Assembly (NCBI GenBank): GCA_035622655.1
Contig: DASPUY010000274.1
Coordinates: forward strand, 3,320 to 67,319
From: Polyangiaceae bacterium
GTDB lineage: Bacteria; Myxococcota_A; Polyangia; Polyangiales; Polyangiaceae
Direction: 5' to 3'
DNA length: 64,000 bases
The notes below the pieces were generated by a model. It was not told the origin of the DNA, searched no databases, and was given only the letters and a program-made list of their open reading frames with translations. The position numbers and the translations under genes were made by a program. Below, one piece after another: positions 1-9,523 of this stretch (positions are counted from its first letter, which is position 1; every line of letters begins with the position of its first letter).

Positions 1-14
1 ATCGCGTCCTGGTC

Positions 15-848
15 ATGCTCGTCATCGACGTGGCTGCGGTCCGAGCAAACCCGGTCGGCGCAGGGATGGGCTATCTGGTGCGCGGCATTCCACAATGGCA
101 GGATCTCTTGAGCGACACCAAGATCGATCCCCTGGGCGACACCGACTGGATCGTGATCAGCGGACCGTCATTCGTGAATACCGCGCGCGACGTCGTGCTC
201 ATCCACTACTCGGCGCCCGAGGCGCTCGTCGATCGCGCGGTTCGGTCTCTTGCCCGCCGAGACCCGCATGGCGGCGTCGTCGACGCGGGCGTGCTCGGGG
301 TACAAGCGACCCTCGTGCAGGCCGATCGGGCCGAACGCGTGATTCTGCGTCCGAAACCGCGCGTGCTCGCGGTGGTCCCTCCCGCGGCGGCCCACAAAGT
401 GGCTCGCCAGCTTTCCGGCGCCAAGATCGCCGCGCCGATTCGCGCAGGGGACGCCGTGTATCTGCGCTTCGTGAGTCCCCATCGAGCCCTCCCAGAGCTG
501 CCCGAGGCGATCGAGGAGATGAGGATGAGAATTACCCCGCGCAGCGACGGCGGTGCCGACGTCTTTCTCGAGGGCGACACGGGCGATTCGCAGAGCGCCG
601 CGAGCGCAGCCGGCGAGGTGCAGCGGTTCTTCCGACGCCACGACGACGCGCTCACCTCGCTGTTGACCCACGGAATCCTGGATCACGTCGAGGTCGGGGC
701 GGAGGGGTCCCTTGTCAAAGCACACCTGACGGCAACACGCGATCAGATTGCCACGCTCGTCGCCCTCGTGGGCGACGTGCTCGGCGTCCAGCCGGACGAG
801 GCGCCGGTACCCCCAGGATCGGCTGGCGCCCCGCCGCGCGTTCGCTAG
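15..848 (+). CDS. hypothetical protein (frame is open to the left window edge, may be 5'-truncated)
   Basis: 277-aa ORF with balanced, globular-looking composition, unlike the Arg/Pro-rich frames that overlap it. No family recognised by eye. Confidence 0.45.
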   Translation: MLVIDVAAVRANPVGAGMGYLVRGIPQWQDLLSDTKIDPLGDTDWIVISGPSFVNTARDVVLIHYSAPEALVDRAVRSLARRDPHGGVVDAGVLGVQATLVQADRAERVILRPKPRVLAVVPPAAAHKVARQLSGAKIAAPIRAGDAVYLRFVSPHRALPELPEAIEEMRMRITPRSDGGADVFLEGDTGDSQSAASAAGEVQRFFRRHDDALTSLLTHGILDHVEVGAEGSLVKAHLTATRDQIATLVALVGDVLGVQPDEAPVPPGSAGAPPRVR

Positions 849-862
849 CTTCCGCATCGAAA

Positions 863-1312
863 ATGGTCGCTCGCCGTGTGGGTTCCGCCCTGATCGTCGC
901 GCTCGCCGCGGCTTGCTCGAAGGCCGTCGACGAACCCACGAGTGATTTCAGGCCGGCCAGCGCGACTCCGGCGCCTCCGGCGCCGAAGGCGCTCGAAATT
1001 CACGACGTGGTGGTCGGTTCGGGACGAGAGGCGAAAACCGGGGACCGAGTCCGGGTGCAGTACACCGGTACGCTCATGAACGGCGTCAAGTTCGACAGCT
1101 CGTACGATCACGGGGGCGAGCCGTTCAAGTTCACGCTCGGCAAGGGGGAGGTCATCAAGGGCTGGGACCAGGGGGTGCCCGGCATGAAAGTCGGTGGCAA
1201 AAGGACGCTGCGCATTCCACCCGATCTCGGCTACGGCGAGCGGGGCAGTCCGCCTTCCATACCGCCCAACGCCGGCCTCGTGTTCGACGTCGAGCTTGTC
1301 GGAGTCGAGTGA
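863..1312 (+). CDS. FKBP-type peptidyl-prolyl cis-trans isomerase, probable lipoprotein
   Basis: C-terminal part of track ORF 95..1312. The internal ATG at 863 gives a signal peptide with lipobox LAAAC, followed by a canonical FKBP core ([51 protein letters not shown]). The upstream 256 codons are Arg-rich off-frame-type sequence overlapping ORF 15..848. Confidence 0.9.
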   Translation: MVARRVGSALIVALAAACSKAVDEPTSDFRPASATPAPPAPKALEIHDVVVGSGREAKTGDRVRVQYTGTLMNGVKFDSSYDHGGEPFKFTLGKGEVIKGWDQGVPGMKVGGKRTLRIPPDLGYGERGSPPSIPPNAGLVFDVELVGVE

Positions 1313-1552
1313 ATGGGCGATCCCCAAGGGCTATACGTCACCAGCGCCGTCGTCATTACCGGGCTTGTCGTCTGGGTAATCTGGGTGCTGGTCCGCGCCG
1401 AAAAGCGGGACGGGACGTCGGGGGGGCTCACCAGCGAAGCTTCGCACCCGGCCCATCCACAGGTCGCGGCGGCTCCGGAGCCGGCGGCGGAGCATCGTGA
1501 CGCCGAGCACCGCGACGCGGGTGAGCGCGACAATTCGACGACGACCGGATAG
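1313..1552 (+). CDS. small single-pass membrane protein (hypothetical)
   Basis: The ATG abuts the FKBP stop (TGAATG). One clear hydrophobic helix (VVITGLVVWVIWVLV) is followed by an acidic/His tail with an AEHRD repeat. No homology recognised. Confidence 0.35.
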   Translation: MGDPQGLYVTSAVVITGLVVWVIWVLVRAEKRDGTSGGLTSEASHPAHPQVAAAPEPAAEHRDAEHRDAGERDNSTTTG

Positions 1553-1571
1553 CGCCACACCGCGCCGCCGG

Positions 1572-4436
1572 TCAGCCCGCGAACGCCTCGTCCATCAGGA
1601 TTCTTTGTTCGAGCTCGTGAGCGGCATGGCTACCGGTCGCGGGGCTCGCGCTTTCAGCGCGAGAGACGAGGGAGAGCGAATGCCGCTGCGCGAAAATGTC
1701 CTGTTTTCGCGCCTTCAAGAAATACCAAGCGCCCATGTTGCGGGGCTCCTCCTGCACCCACACGACCGGCGTGCCCTCGCGATACCGCTCCAGAGCTTTG
1801 GGAAGAGCGTCGCTCAGCGGGTAGTACTGCTCCAGCCGGACGATGGCGACGTCGTCACGCGATCGCGCCAATCGTTCTCTCGCCAGGTCGTAGTAGACCT
1901 TGCCGCTGCAGAGGAGAATCCGGCGCACCCCGGCGGGGTCGACGGTGTCGTCCACGATGACGCGCTGAAACGAGCCGCTGGCGAGATCTTCCAGAGTGCT
2001 CGTGGCCTTGGGGGCCCGCAGCAGCTCTTTGGGCGTGAACACGATGAGCGGTTTGCGCCATAGCCGGATGACTTGTCGGCGCAGCAGGTGGAAGAACTGC
2101 GCGGGGGTGGTCAGGTTGCAGACCTGGATGTTGTCTTCGGCAGCGAGCTGCAAGAAACGTTCGATGCGCGCGCTCGAATGCTCCGGGCCTTGCCCCTCGA
2201 AGCCGTGCGGCAGAAGCAGCACCAGACCGGACAAGCGCGACCACTTGTCCTCCGCTGAAACGATGAACTGATCGACGATGACCTGCGCCGCGTTCACGAA
2301 GTCACCGAATTGAGCTTCCCAGACGACGAGCTTGTCCGGCCGATCCAGCGAGTACCCGTACTCGAAGCCGAGCACGCCCGCCTCGCTGAGCGGGGAGTCG
2401 TAGATCTCGAAGCGACCCACACCGGGGGATCCGTCGCCGAGGTGCGCGAGCGGCGTGTACGGTTGGCCCGTCTCCGTGTCGAAGAGAACGGCATGCCGGT
2501 GCGAGAACGTGCCGCGTCGCGCGTCCTGTCCACTCAAGCGAATGCCGTGCCCCTCCAGCAGGATGGACGCGAACGCGAGGTGCTCGGCGGTGCCCCAATC
2601 GAATGGCTCCCCCGACAGGGCCTTGAGACGCCGCTGTTCGAGAATCTTCAGTGCCTTCGGATTGGCGCGGAAGCCCTCGGGCATCCTCGTCAGCTTGTCG
2701 AGGGTCTCCACCAGCTTCTGCCTCGGAAACGCCGTCGATACTTCGGCCACGCTTGCGTCCGGCCCCCCGCGGTACGCTTCCCACACGCCGCCCATCGCCT
2801 CGGGCATCTGGTGAAAGTCGCCTTGACGAGCCTCCTCGAGCGCGCGCTCGAGAGCGGCTCGTCGCTCCTGCGCGATGGCGTCGGCTTCCTCGCGTGAGAC
2901 GTGGCCTGCGGCCACCAGGCGTGCCACGTAGACGTCGCGTACGGTCGGCTTCTTGTCGATCAGCGCGTACATTTTGGGCTGAGTGAAGCGCGGTTCGTCG
3001 CCTTCGTTGTGTCCGTACTTGCGGTAGCAATACATGTCGATGACGACGTCTTGCTTGAACCGCTGGCGAAACTCGATGGCGAGGCGCGTGACCTGAATGA
3101 CCGCCTCTGGGTCTTCCCCATTCACGTGAAAGACGGGCACGCGCAGCATGCGCGCGACGTCCGTGCAGTAGCGCGTCGACCGTGAGTCAGCCGGTACGGT
3201 CGTGAAACCGATCTGGTTGTTCACGACGAGGTGGATGGTTCCACCGGTCGAGTAGCCTTCGAGCTGCGACAAGTTCAAGGTCTCGGCGACGACGCCCTGG
3301 CCCATGAACGCCGCGTCACCATGGATGAGCAGCGGCATCGTGCTCTTGCGCTTGCGTCGATCGATCTTCGCCCGAACGCGGCCTTCGACCACGGGGTTGA
3401 CGAACTCGAGGTGGCTGGGATTGAACGCCATCGAAAGGTGAAGCTGTCGCCCTGACTGGGTGACGACCTCGCTCGAGTATCCAAGGTGGTACTTGACGTC
3501 GCCGGCACCGAGGAATCGCTCGGGCTTCTTGTCGTCGAACGCAGCAAAGATCTCGCGGACGTTTTTTCCGAGCACGTTCGCGAGGACGTTCAGCCGGCCT
3601 CGGTGGGCCATCCCGATGACCAACTCCTCGATGCCGTGCTGGCCGGCGGCCTCGATGAGCAGATCGATCATCGGAATCATGCTCTCGGCCCCTTCGAGCG
3701 AGAAGCGCCGCATCGACGGGAAGTTCTTGTGGATGAACTGCTCGAAAATCTCGGCCTCGGTGAGCTTCGTCAGGATGCGGATCAACTCCGAGCGATCCAG
3801 AGACGCGTGATTTCGAGTGAGCTCCATCTGATGCTGGAGCCAGAGTCGCGGCTCCGGTTCCTCGATGTGCGTGAACTCGACTCCGATGGAGGAGCAGTAC
3901 GTCTCGCTCAGGTGCTCGACGATCTGTCGGAGCGTGGCTCGTTCGGGTAGCCCGCTCATCCCGGCCGTCGAAAAGGTCGTATCGAGCTCGGCCTCGGTCA
4001 GGCCGAAGTTGGAGAGATCGAGCTCCGGCGCGGCAGGTGGAGGGTTCTCCAGCGGGTCCAGATCGGCGAACAGATGACCGCGCACGCGGTAGGCGTTCAC
4101 CAGGTGCGCGACGCGGCTTTGAAGCTCGGTGGCGGCGATGACCGTTTCGCGGACCGTCTCCCGGTAAGAGGCCGCCGCTGAAGCTCGTCTCGAGGTCAGC
4201 GGCGCCGAGCCGTTCCCATTCGTTGCCGAATGAGCGGCATCGCTTCCGTTGACGTGAGCGGTCCAGCCATTCCCGTTTCCGTTCGTCGAGCGCGTGTCGG
4301 CGCCTGCAGGCGATTTGCCGCCGTTAAGCTCCTCGAAGAAGCGCCTCCAATCTTCGTCGACCGATTGCGGGCTTCGCGCCCAGCGAGAGTGGAGATCCTC
4401 GACGTAACCTGCGTTGATACCGAACTCCTCGAACAT
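1572..4436 (-). CDS. sucA: 2-oxoglutarate dehydrogenase E1 component
   Basis: Start taken at the internal ATG (MFEEFGINAGYVEDLH...), the typical SucA N-terminus. Length is about 954 aa. Hallmark stretches are present: HRGRLNVLANVLGK, LHGDAAFMGQGVV, GGTIHLVVNNQIGFTT, LLLPHGFEGQGPEHSSAR. Confidence 0.93.
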   Translation of the reverse strand: MFEEFGINAGYVEDLHSRWARSPQSVDEDWRRFFEELNGGKSPAGADTRSTNGNGNGWTAHVNGSDAAHSATNGNGSAPLTSRRASAAASYRETVRETVIAATELQSRVAHLVNAYRVRGHLFADLDPLENPPPAAPELDLSNFGLTEAELDTTFSTAGMSGLPERATLRQIVEHLSETYCSSIGVEFTHIEEPEPRLWLQHQMELTRNHASLDRSELIRILTKLTEAEIFEQFIHKNFPSMRRFSLEGAESMIPMIDLLIEAAGQHGIEELVIGMAHRGRLNVLANVLGKNVREIFAAFDDKKPERFLGAGDVKYHLGYSSEVVTQSGRQLHLSMAFNPSHLEFVNPVVEGRVRAKIDRRKRKSTMPLLIHGDAAFMGQGVVAETLNLSQLEGYSTGGTIHLVVNNQIGFTTVPADSRSTRYCTDVARMLRVPVFHVNGEDPEAVIQVTRLAIEFRQRFKQDVVIDMYCYRKYGHNEGDEPRFTQPKMYALIDKKPTVRDVYVARLVAAGHVSREEADAIAQERRAALERALEEARQGDFHQMPEAMGGVWEAYRGGPDASVAEVSTAFPRQKLVETLDKLTRMPEGFRANPKALKILEQRRLKALSGEPFDWGTAEHLAFASILLEGHGIRLSGQDARRGTFSHRHAVLFDTETGQPYTPLAHLGDGSPGVGRFEIYDSPLSEAGVLGFEYGYSLDRPDKLVVWEAQFGDFVNAAQVIVDQFIVSAEDKWSRLSGLVLLLPHGFEGQGPEHSSARIERFLQLAAEDNIQVCNLTTPAQFFHLLRRQVIRLWRKPLIVFTPKELLRAPKATSTLEDLASGSFQRVIVDDTVDPAGVRRILLCSGKVYYDLARERLARSRDDVAIVRLEQYYPLSDALPKALERYREGTPVVWVQEEPRNMGAWYFLKARKQDIFAQRHSLSLVSRAESASPATGSHAAHELEQRILMDEAFAG

Positions 4437-4777
4437 GGGTCTCCAATGCTTCGCTCGTCGCTGAGTGCGACCGCGTCGGACGACGTCGGGGGGGCGTCGC
4501 GCCAGGACAAGCCCATAGCGTCTGCCGTCATCGACTTCCATAGCAGAGTCGGCGTCGGGAACGGGGCGCTACCGAGATGAACGGCTCGTCACGAGGAAGA
4601 GGTGGCACCGTGTGGACAAGCTGTCGCCGAGGGCGATCGCACGGCCGGCTCCGGGAGGCTCGCCGGCGGGCCACACGAGCGAGGGGCCTGGGCCAGGCGA
4701 CGCCGTGGACGCTGACGCGCGTGGGGCGCGTGACCGTGGCACGATGGATCCCGGCCTCCGCCCAGGACCGCTGACGC

Positions 4778-5398
4778 GTGCGCTACGATCTCGCATCACT
4801 GCATTCCGCTCGCCTGCCGCGCCTCTGGTACGCACGCGACGCCCTCGTCGTCGCCCGACAGCTTCTCGGGTGCTTTCTCGTCCACGAGCAGGGCGAGGGG
4901 CTGGAGCCTCGCGTCGCCCGAATCGTGGAGACCGAGGCCTATCGCGGACCGACCGACCTCGCGTCCCATGCGCGAGCGGGGATCACCAAGCGCACCCGGT
5001 CGCTCTTCGGGGAGGAGGGTCACGCGTATGTATTTTTCGTGTACGGCATGCACGACTGTTTCAACGTCACGTGCCGAGGAGCCGGCCGTGGCCATGCCGT
5101 TCTCGTGCGTGCGGGCGAGCCGGCCCACGGGATCGAATCGCGCGTCCGTCTGGACGGCCCCGGACGCTTCGCTCGTGCCATGGGCATCACGCGCGCGCTC
5201 GATGGCCATGATCTCACCCGCGCGCCGCTGTACCTGTGCGACCGCCGCGTTCGCCCGCGCGTTTCCGTGAGCGCTCGGGTCGGCGTGGGGTATGCGGGCA
5301 GCTGGGCCGATCGGCCATGGCGGTTCTTCGACCCCCTGAGCCCACATGTTTCGAAGCCGCCGAAAGGTTCGATCGGAAATCGGACGGCGTCCGGCTGA
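4778..5398 (+). CDS. mpg: DNA-3-methyladenine glycosylase (Mpg/AAG family)
   Basis: GTG start. Motifs seen: ARDALVVARQLLG, RIVETEAYRGPTDLASHA, TKRTRSLFGEEGHAYVFFVYGMH. Confidence 0.85.
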   Translation: MRYDLASLHSARLPRLWYARDALVVARQLLGCFLVHEQGEGLEPRVARIVETEAYRGPTDLASHARAGITKRTRSLFGEEGHAYVFFVYGMHDCFNVTCRGAGRGHAVLVRAGEPAHGIESRVRLDGPGRFARAMGITRALDGHDLTRAPLYLCDRRVRPRVSVSARVGVGYAGSWADRPWRFFDPLSPHVSKPPKGSIGNRTASG

Positions 5399-5412
5399 TG
5401 GGTGCGCGTCCG

Positions 5413-5808
5413 TCAGCCGCGAGATTTCGGAGCCGATGCCGCGGCTCTCGGGCCCGGCGCCGTGTCGACGGCATCCATGCGACAGCTGCCTTGAAACTCG
5501 ACGCCCCGATCGATGAACAGGGACGGGCAATGCAGATTGCCGACGATTTTGCCCGGTGAATGAAGCTCGATCGCGGTTTTCGCCCGGATGTTCCCGTGCA
5601 CCACTCCTCCGCGCACGATGACGGTGGCCACGTCGATCTCGGCGTGAACGTCGGCTCCCTCGCCGATGACGAGAGTGTCTTCGCTGAGGATCTCCCCTTT
5701 GAAGACGCCGTCGATGCGGACGCGCCCCTCGAAATGAAGCTTCCCTTCGAATTCCGTTCCCCGCCCGAGCAGGGCGGTAATCTCGGCGGCCGGAAGCTGC
5801 TGTTCCAT
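5413..5808 (-). CDS. bactofilin (polymer-forming cytoskeletal protein, DUF583)
   Basis: Start at the internal ATG (MEQQLPAAE). Typical bactofilin beta-helix repeats are present: GTEFEGKLHFEGRVRIDGVFKGEI, DTLVIGEGADVHAEIDV, VIVRGGVVHGNIRA, IELHSPGKIVGNL. Confidence 0.85.
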   Translation of the reverse strand: MEQQLPAAEITALLGRGTEFEGKLHFEGRVRIDGVFKGEILSEDTLVIGEGADVHAEIDVATVIVRGGVVHGNIRAKTAIELHSPGKIVGNLHCPSLFIDRGVEFQGSCRMDAVDTAPGPRAAASAPKSRG

Positions 5809-6024
5809 GGTTCGGGGCCTACCAGGCGCTGGACCAGTCGGGCAAATTAGGGATTGCCCATACGGACCGCAAACGCTCGCGGCCACCGCGGCGGGGCCGC
5901 CCCGAGACATGGGCTGCCGGGCCGGTGGGTGAAGGGCTATCCGAAAAGGTTCAAGCTCTCGTTTATGTTTTGGATTTTACCAACAAACTCGCGGGGCCCG
6001 GCGTGGTCGTGCTTTAATTTCTGA

Positions 6025-6648
6025 ATGGGGAATGCTCGGTTCGCATGCGCAGCGCTGGCCGTCGGCGGGCTTGCGATGTCCGTGTCCCATCCGGTCCGCG
6101 CGCAGGAATCGCCCTCGGCGCCTGCCGGGGGGGCCGCCTCGAGCGCGCACGTCGCGCGAAGTGCCTCGCCGGCGCCACCGGGGGGAGGTCGCACCGCGGG
6201 ACGGGCGCGGTCCGGGGTGTCGGATGCAATTTTGCCGGGGTTCGAGATGCTCGCGGACGGTTCGACCCGCCTCTTCGTCGAGCTTTCTCGACCCGTCACC
6301 TACGAAGCTCGGTCGGGGCATGGCAGCATCACGTACGTCCTCAAGGAGGCGCGCGTCGACCGAAGGAACAATCAGAATCCGCTGGTGACCGTGCACTTCA
6401 ACACGCCGGTCACGAGCGCTCGACTTCAGCCGCACGGGCGTGACGTGTGGTTCGTCATCGCGCTCCGGTCTGCCGTGCAGCCGGCCGTTGCAATGGACGC
6501 CGGCAAGGACGGCGGTGTCGTCATGCGAATCGAGTTTCCCAAGGGCGACTACGTCCGGCCCGGTGCCCCGGCCGATCGTGGCAGCCCTTCGTCGGGCGAT
6601 GTACCCGACGAATCCACGCCCGAGCCGACGACGCGCACTGGACGTTGA
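6025..6648 (+). CDS. secreted protein with AMIN-like domain
   Basis: Signal peptide (ALAVGGLAMSVSHPVRAQ) and a low-complexity linker. A block then follows, TRLFVELSRPVTYEARSGHGSITYVLKEARV...VTVHFNTPVTSARLQP, which resembles AMIN domains of PilQ/AmiC-type proteins. Judged by eye only. Confidence 0.45.
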   Translation: MGNARFACAALAVGGLAMSVSHPVRAQESPSAPAGGAASSAHVARSASPAPPGGGRTAGRARSGVSDAILPGFEMLADGSTRLFVELSRPVTYEARSGHGSITYVLKEARVDRRNNQNPLVTVHFNTPVTSARLQPHGRDVWFVIALRSAVQPAVAMDAGKDGGVVMRIEFPKGDYVRPGAPADRGSPSSGDVPDESTPEPTTRTGR

Positions 6649-8590
6649 CCGGCCCACGCACGAGGATGCGCGTCTGGGACCGCGGCGGCTGTCGATCGCC
6701 TTCGCCTTCGCAACGACCCTCGTTGGATCGCGCGTTTCGGCGCAATCCGCGACGCCTGCCGATGCAGGTCGCGTTGCCTTCAGCGCCGACGAGGTCCGCC
6801 TGGATCCCGCGACGAAGACCCTCGACGCGACGGGGCACGTCCGGGTCGACGAGCCGCCCTTTCACTTCACGAGCGATGCGCTGCGCCTCAAGCGCGTCCC
6901 GCAGGGGGTGTTGCTCGATGGTACGGGACAACTGGCGTTCTGCCCTTGCCTGGGTACACCATTGAGCTTGAAATTTTCCGGCGCTACCGTCGCTCCTCCG
7001 CACGAGGTCGTTCTCCGGAACCCGGTTCTCCAGATTTTCGGCCTGCCAATCGGCTGGCTGCCCCTCGTCTGGCTTCGGTCGCCCGCGCGTATCGGTCTGC
7101 TTCCGCCCGAGCTCTCCTGGCGCGGCGCCGACGGGTTCTTCGCGGGCGGTGGCGTGCATTTTCCGTGGCGCTCCGACGACCTGAGTGGCGGGCTCGACCT
7201 GCGGGCGGGCGGTTATGTCGACGGAGGGGCTGCGGTCGATGCCGTTCTGCGGACTCCGACGACGGTCACGCACCTGCTCTGGGATCGCCTGCACGGAAAC
7301 GACGGCGTCACGCTTGGCGCTCGCGGCAGCTCGGTGGAGGATGGGGCCCCGGCGCCGAAGCCCGGGCCGATAGCCGCCTGGGACATCGACGCGCTGCGCG
7401 GCGCGCGGGCAGTGCAGGCGACGACCGCGGTCGATGCGGCGGCGCAGCCCTTCGATCGAGCGTCCGGGGATGCGCAGTGGCGGGCCGATGGGTGGACCTT
7501 CGCCTCCGGCGTTCGCGCGATGGCGGCCCGCGGGACGAGCGTGGGCGAAGCCGGCGCCTGGGGACCGATCGCCACCGTGCGTCGCAGCGACGCCATCGCC
7601 GACGTTGGGGCGTACGACGTCGGTGTCGAAGGCGGCGGGGTCGCGGAAGGCAGCGACTCGAAGGTGGCTCCACCTCCAGGGGGAGGCGCCACGAGCTTCG
7701 TTCGCGGCGAGGCAAACCTGCTGCTGGGCACGCGAATCGGCGCGATCGGTTCAGGCCTGGCCTTGCACGGGTTCGGAGACGTCGCCGACGACGGCGCTGC
7801 GGTCGGGATGGACGGCGCCGCGCAAGCGCGCGCTTCGGCCACTCTGCCGCTCGTGCGGGAATTCGAATCGTCGGACGCCGCGGATCCTTGGGTGCACCGC
7901 ACGGAGCCGCGGTTGGAGCTCGCTGTCGTCGTCGCTCACGAAAGCGGCATTCTGGCGACCCCCGCAGGTCGGGGCATGCAGGTGGCGAGCGGAGCAGCAT
8001 GGGTGGGCGCGGCGGGCTGGAGCAACACCGTGGGCCGCTGGGGTTCGCGCACGGCTCTCGACGTCGACGTGAGTGCAGGCGCTCTGGGCGGGGAGGGGAG
8101 AACCCCGCTGGCGATGATCCGGGCACGGGCATCGGTGACTGGCCCGTACCTCGCGCTGAGGGCCGACGTGGCGCGAGTCCTGGCGCCGTCCATCGAACCC
8201 AGCGATGCAGGCGGCATCCTGCTAGCGGCTGCGCGGATCGGGCCCGCAACCGGCCTCCACGTCTCGGCGAACGTGGCGCAGAGAGACGGCACGGACCCGA
8301 TCGCGGCCCGAGCCTTGGTCGATCCGTCTTACGAAGCGGCAAGCGGCTTTCTGGTCGCGTCGGGCTGGACGGGAGGCAGCCGCGTCGGCGTGCCGATCGG
8401 TTCGCGGGTCACTGCGCGGGCGGGCGTCGATGTCGACCTCGACGCCCGCGAGCTCGTTGCCGCGGCGACCGCCATCGAGCTGCACGACTCGTGCAATTGC
8501 GTGGTGATCCGTGCGACGGCCGCCCACCGCCTCGGGCGTCCGGGGATCGACGCGTCGGTGTCGGTCGAGCTCCCGCTTTCCGCGCGATGA
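6599..8590 (+). CDS. LptD/OstA-like outer-membrane protein (LPS-assembly-like)
   Basis: Part of track ORF 6440..8590. The first ATG in frame is at 6599 and overlaps the end of the preceding gene; the start is uncertain. Signal-like AFAFATTLVGSRVSAQ, then an OstA-N-like segment (AFSADEVRLDPATKTLDATGHVRVDEPPFHFTSDALRL). The remainder is Gly/Ala/Asp-rich and beta-barrel-like. Confidence 0.5.
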   Translation: MYPTNPRPSRRRALDVDRPTHEDARLGPRRLSIAFAFATTLVGSRVSAQSATPADAGRVAFSADEVRLDPATKTLDATGHVRVDEPPFHFTSDALRLKRVPQGVLLDGTGQLAFCPCLGTPLSLKFSGATVAPPHEVVLRNPVLQIFGLPIGWLPLVWLRSPARIGLLPPELSWRGADGFFAGGGVHFPWRSDDLSGGLDLRAGGYVDGGAAVDAVLRTPTTVTHLLWDRLHGNDGVTLGARGSSVEDGAPAPKPGPIAAWDIDALRGARAVQATTAVDAAAQPFDRASGDAQWRADGWTFASGVRAMAARGTSVGEAGAWGPIATVRRSDAIADVGAYDVGVEGGGVAEGSDSKVAPPPGGGATSFVRGEANLLLGTRIGAIGSGLALHGFGDVADDGAAVGMDGAAQARASATLPLVREFESSDAADPWVHRTEPRLELAVVVAHESGILATPAGRGMQVASGAAWVGAAGWSNTVGRWGSRTALDVDVSAGALGGEGRTPLAMIRARASVTGPYLALRADVARVLAPSIEPSDAGGILLAAARIGPATGLHVSANVAQRDGTDPIAARALVDPSYEAASGFLVASGWTGGSRVGVPIGSRVTARAGVDVDLDARELVAAATAIELHDSCNCVVIRATAAHRLGRPGIDASVSVELPLSAR

Positions 8591-8668
8591 CGAGGAGATT
8601 GTCCCGAGCGGCGTGCCCCGCCATTCTGCCCTTGCGCACGCGTCTGCGCCGGTGTCTCGTGCCACTTC

Positions 8669-9139
8669 ATGCAAGGCAACCCGCGCATCGTCGATCTGCT
8701 CAACGAAGTGCTCACCGGCGAGCTCACCGCGGTCAGTCAGTACTTCTTGCACGCAAAAATGTGCCTGAACTGGGGGTACGACCGACTCGGTAAGAGAATT
8801 TACAGCGAATCGCTCGACGAAATGAAACACGCGGAACGACTCGTCGATCGCGTCTTGTTTCTCGACGGCCTGCCCAACTTGCAGCGGCTGGGGAAGCTGA
8901 TGATCGGTCAGACGGTGGTGGAGATCCTCAAGAGCGATCTGGCGCTCGAGCTCCAGACCGTTCCCCGCCTCAACGACGGCATCCGGCTTTGCCGGGAAGA
9001 GGGCGATAACGCGAGCGAGGATCTTCTGATGAAAATCCTCGTCGACTCCGAGGGCCACGTCGACTGGCTCGAATCGCAGCTCGAGCTCGTCCGCCAGGCG
9101 GGCGAGCAGAACTATCTGGCGCAGCAGATCCGATCATGA
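8669..9139 (+). CDS. bfr: bacterioferritin
   Basis: 156 aa. Motifs seen: [34 protein letters not shown] (contains the heme-ligand Met), [23 protein letters not shown]. Confidence 0.93.
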   Translation: MQGNPRIVDLLNEVLTGELTAVSQYFLHAKMCLNWGYDRLGKRIYSESLDEMKHAERLVDRVLFLDGLPNLQRLGKLMIGQTVVEILKSDLALELQTVPRLNDGIRLCREEGDNASEDLLMKILVDSEGHVDWLESQLELVRQAGEQNYLAQQIRS

Positions 9140-9200
9140 CGTCCGCGGCCGAGCCATTCCGACCCATGAACTGAATAGTTTCGAGATATTACGCATGGCG

Positions 9201-9241
9201 CAGGGGCCATTCAGGGGCATTCAGGGGTCATCGGGGCCATC
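9201..9241 (+). repeat. four tandem ~10-bp units CAGGGG(C/T)CAT(T) in the bfr-bfd intergenic region
   Basis: The units are CAGGGGCCATT, CAGGGGCATT, CAGGGGTCAT and CGGGGCCATC, read directly. The period is about one helical turn. Confidence 0.8.
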
Positions 9242-9250
9242 CCGTGCAGG

Positions 9251-9276
9251 CCGTTTTCTGTTGGACTTGAAAACGG
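9251..9276 (+). promoter_or_regulatory. hairpin CCGTTTTC-N10-GAAAACGG between bfr and bfd
   Basis: 8-bp perfect stem and a 10-nt loop. No following U-tract, so it is not a classical intrinsic terminator. Confidence 0.5.
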
Positions 9277-9296
9277 AAGTCATTATCCTTAAGCGG

Positions 9297-9515
9297 ATGT
9301 ACGTTTGCGTCTGCAAAGCCGTCACAGAGCACGAGATCAGAGCTTCGATCGAGGCCGGAGCCGGGACCGTGGACGCGGTGACGCGGGCGTGCCGCGCCGG
9401 GGACGATTGCGGGGCTTGTCACGAGGCAATCGAAGAGCTCATCGCAGAGCGAACCTGCGGAGGCCGTGAAGCGCCGCCCGTCGCAATCCGACGCGTTCGC
9501 GAGCGCGCCGCGTAG
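9297..9515 (+). CDS. bfd: bacterioferritin-associated ferredoxin (BFD-like [2Fe-2S] protein)
   Basis: Internal ATG gives MYVCVCKAVTEHEIR...ACRAGDDCGACH, the C-x-C...C-x2-C BFD signature. It lies directly downstream of bfr. Confidence 0.85.
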   Translation: MYVCVCKAVTEHEIRASIEAGAGTVDAVTRACRAGDDCGACHEAIEELIAERTCGGREAPPVAIRRVRERAA

Positions 9516-9523
9516 CCGAAGGA

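Noticed and set aside
95-862. N-terminal 256 codons of track ORF 95..1312 (would make a 405-aa FKBP fusion)
   Set aside because: It is extremely Arg/Gly/Pro-rich and overlaps ORF 15..848, which looks better, in another frame. A clean signal peptide with lipobox starts at the internal ATG 863.
4590-4760. Sigma-54-type promoter: two TGGCAC motifs in the sucA-mpg intergenic region
   Set aside because: Neither is followed at the correct 5-nt spacing by a TTGC(A/T) -12 element. They are likely chance occurrences in GC-rich DNA.
6946-8793. 615-aa ORF (plus several 170-340-aa ORFs on both strands, 6447-8342)
   Set aside because: The composition is dominated by Arg/Gly/Ala/Pro with no hydrophobic core pattern. 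It is entirely out of frame with or antisense to the LptD-like gene, a typical high-GC shadow ORF.
9140-9200. Full-length Fur box in the AT-richer segment after bfr (GAATAGTTTCGAGATATTAC)
   Set aside because: It matches the 19-bp Fur consensus poorly. Only the TCATTATC half site near bfd is noteworthy, and it is reported with low confidence.
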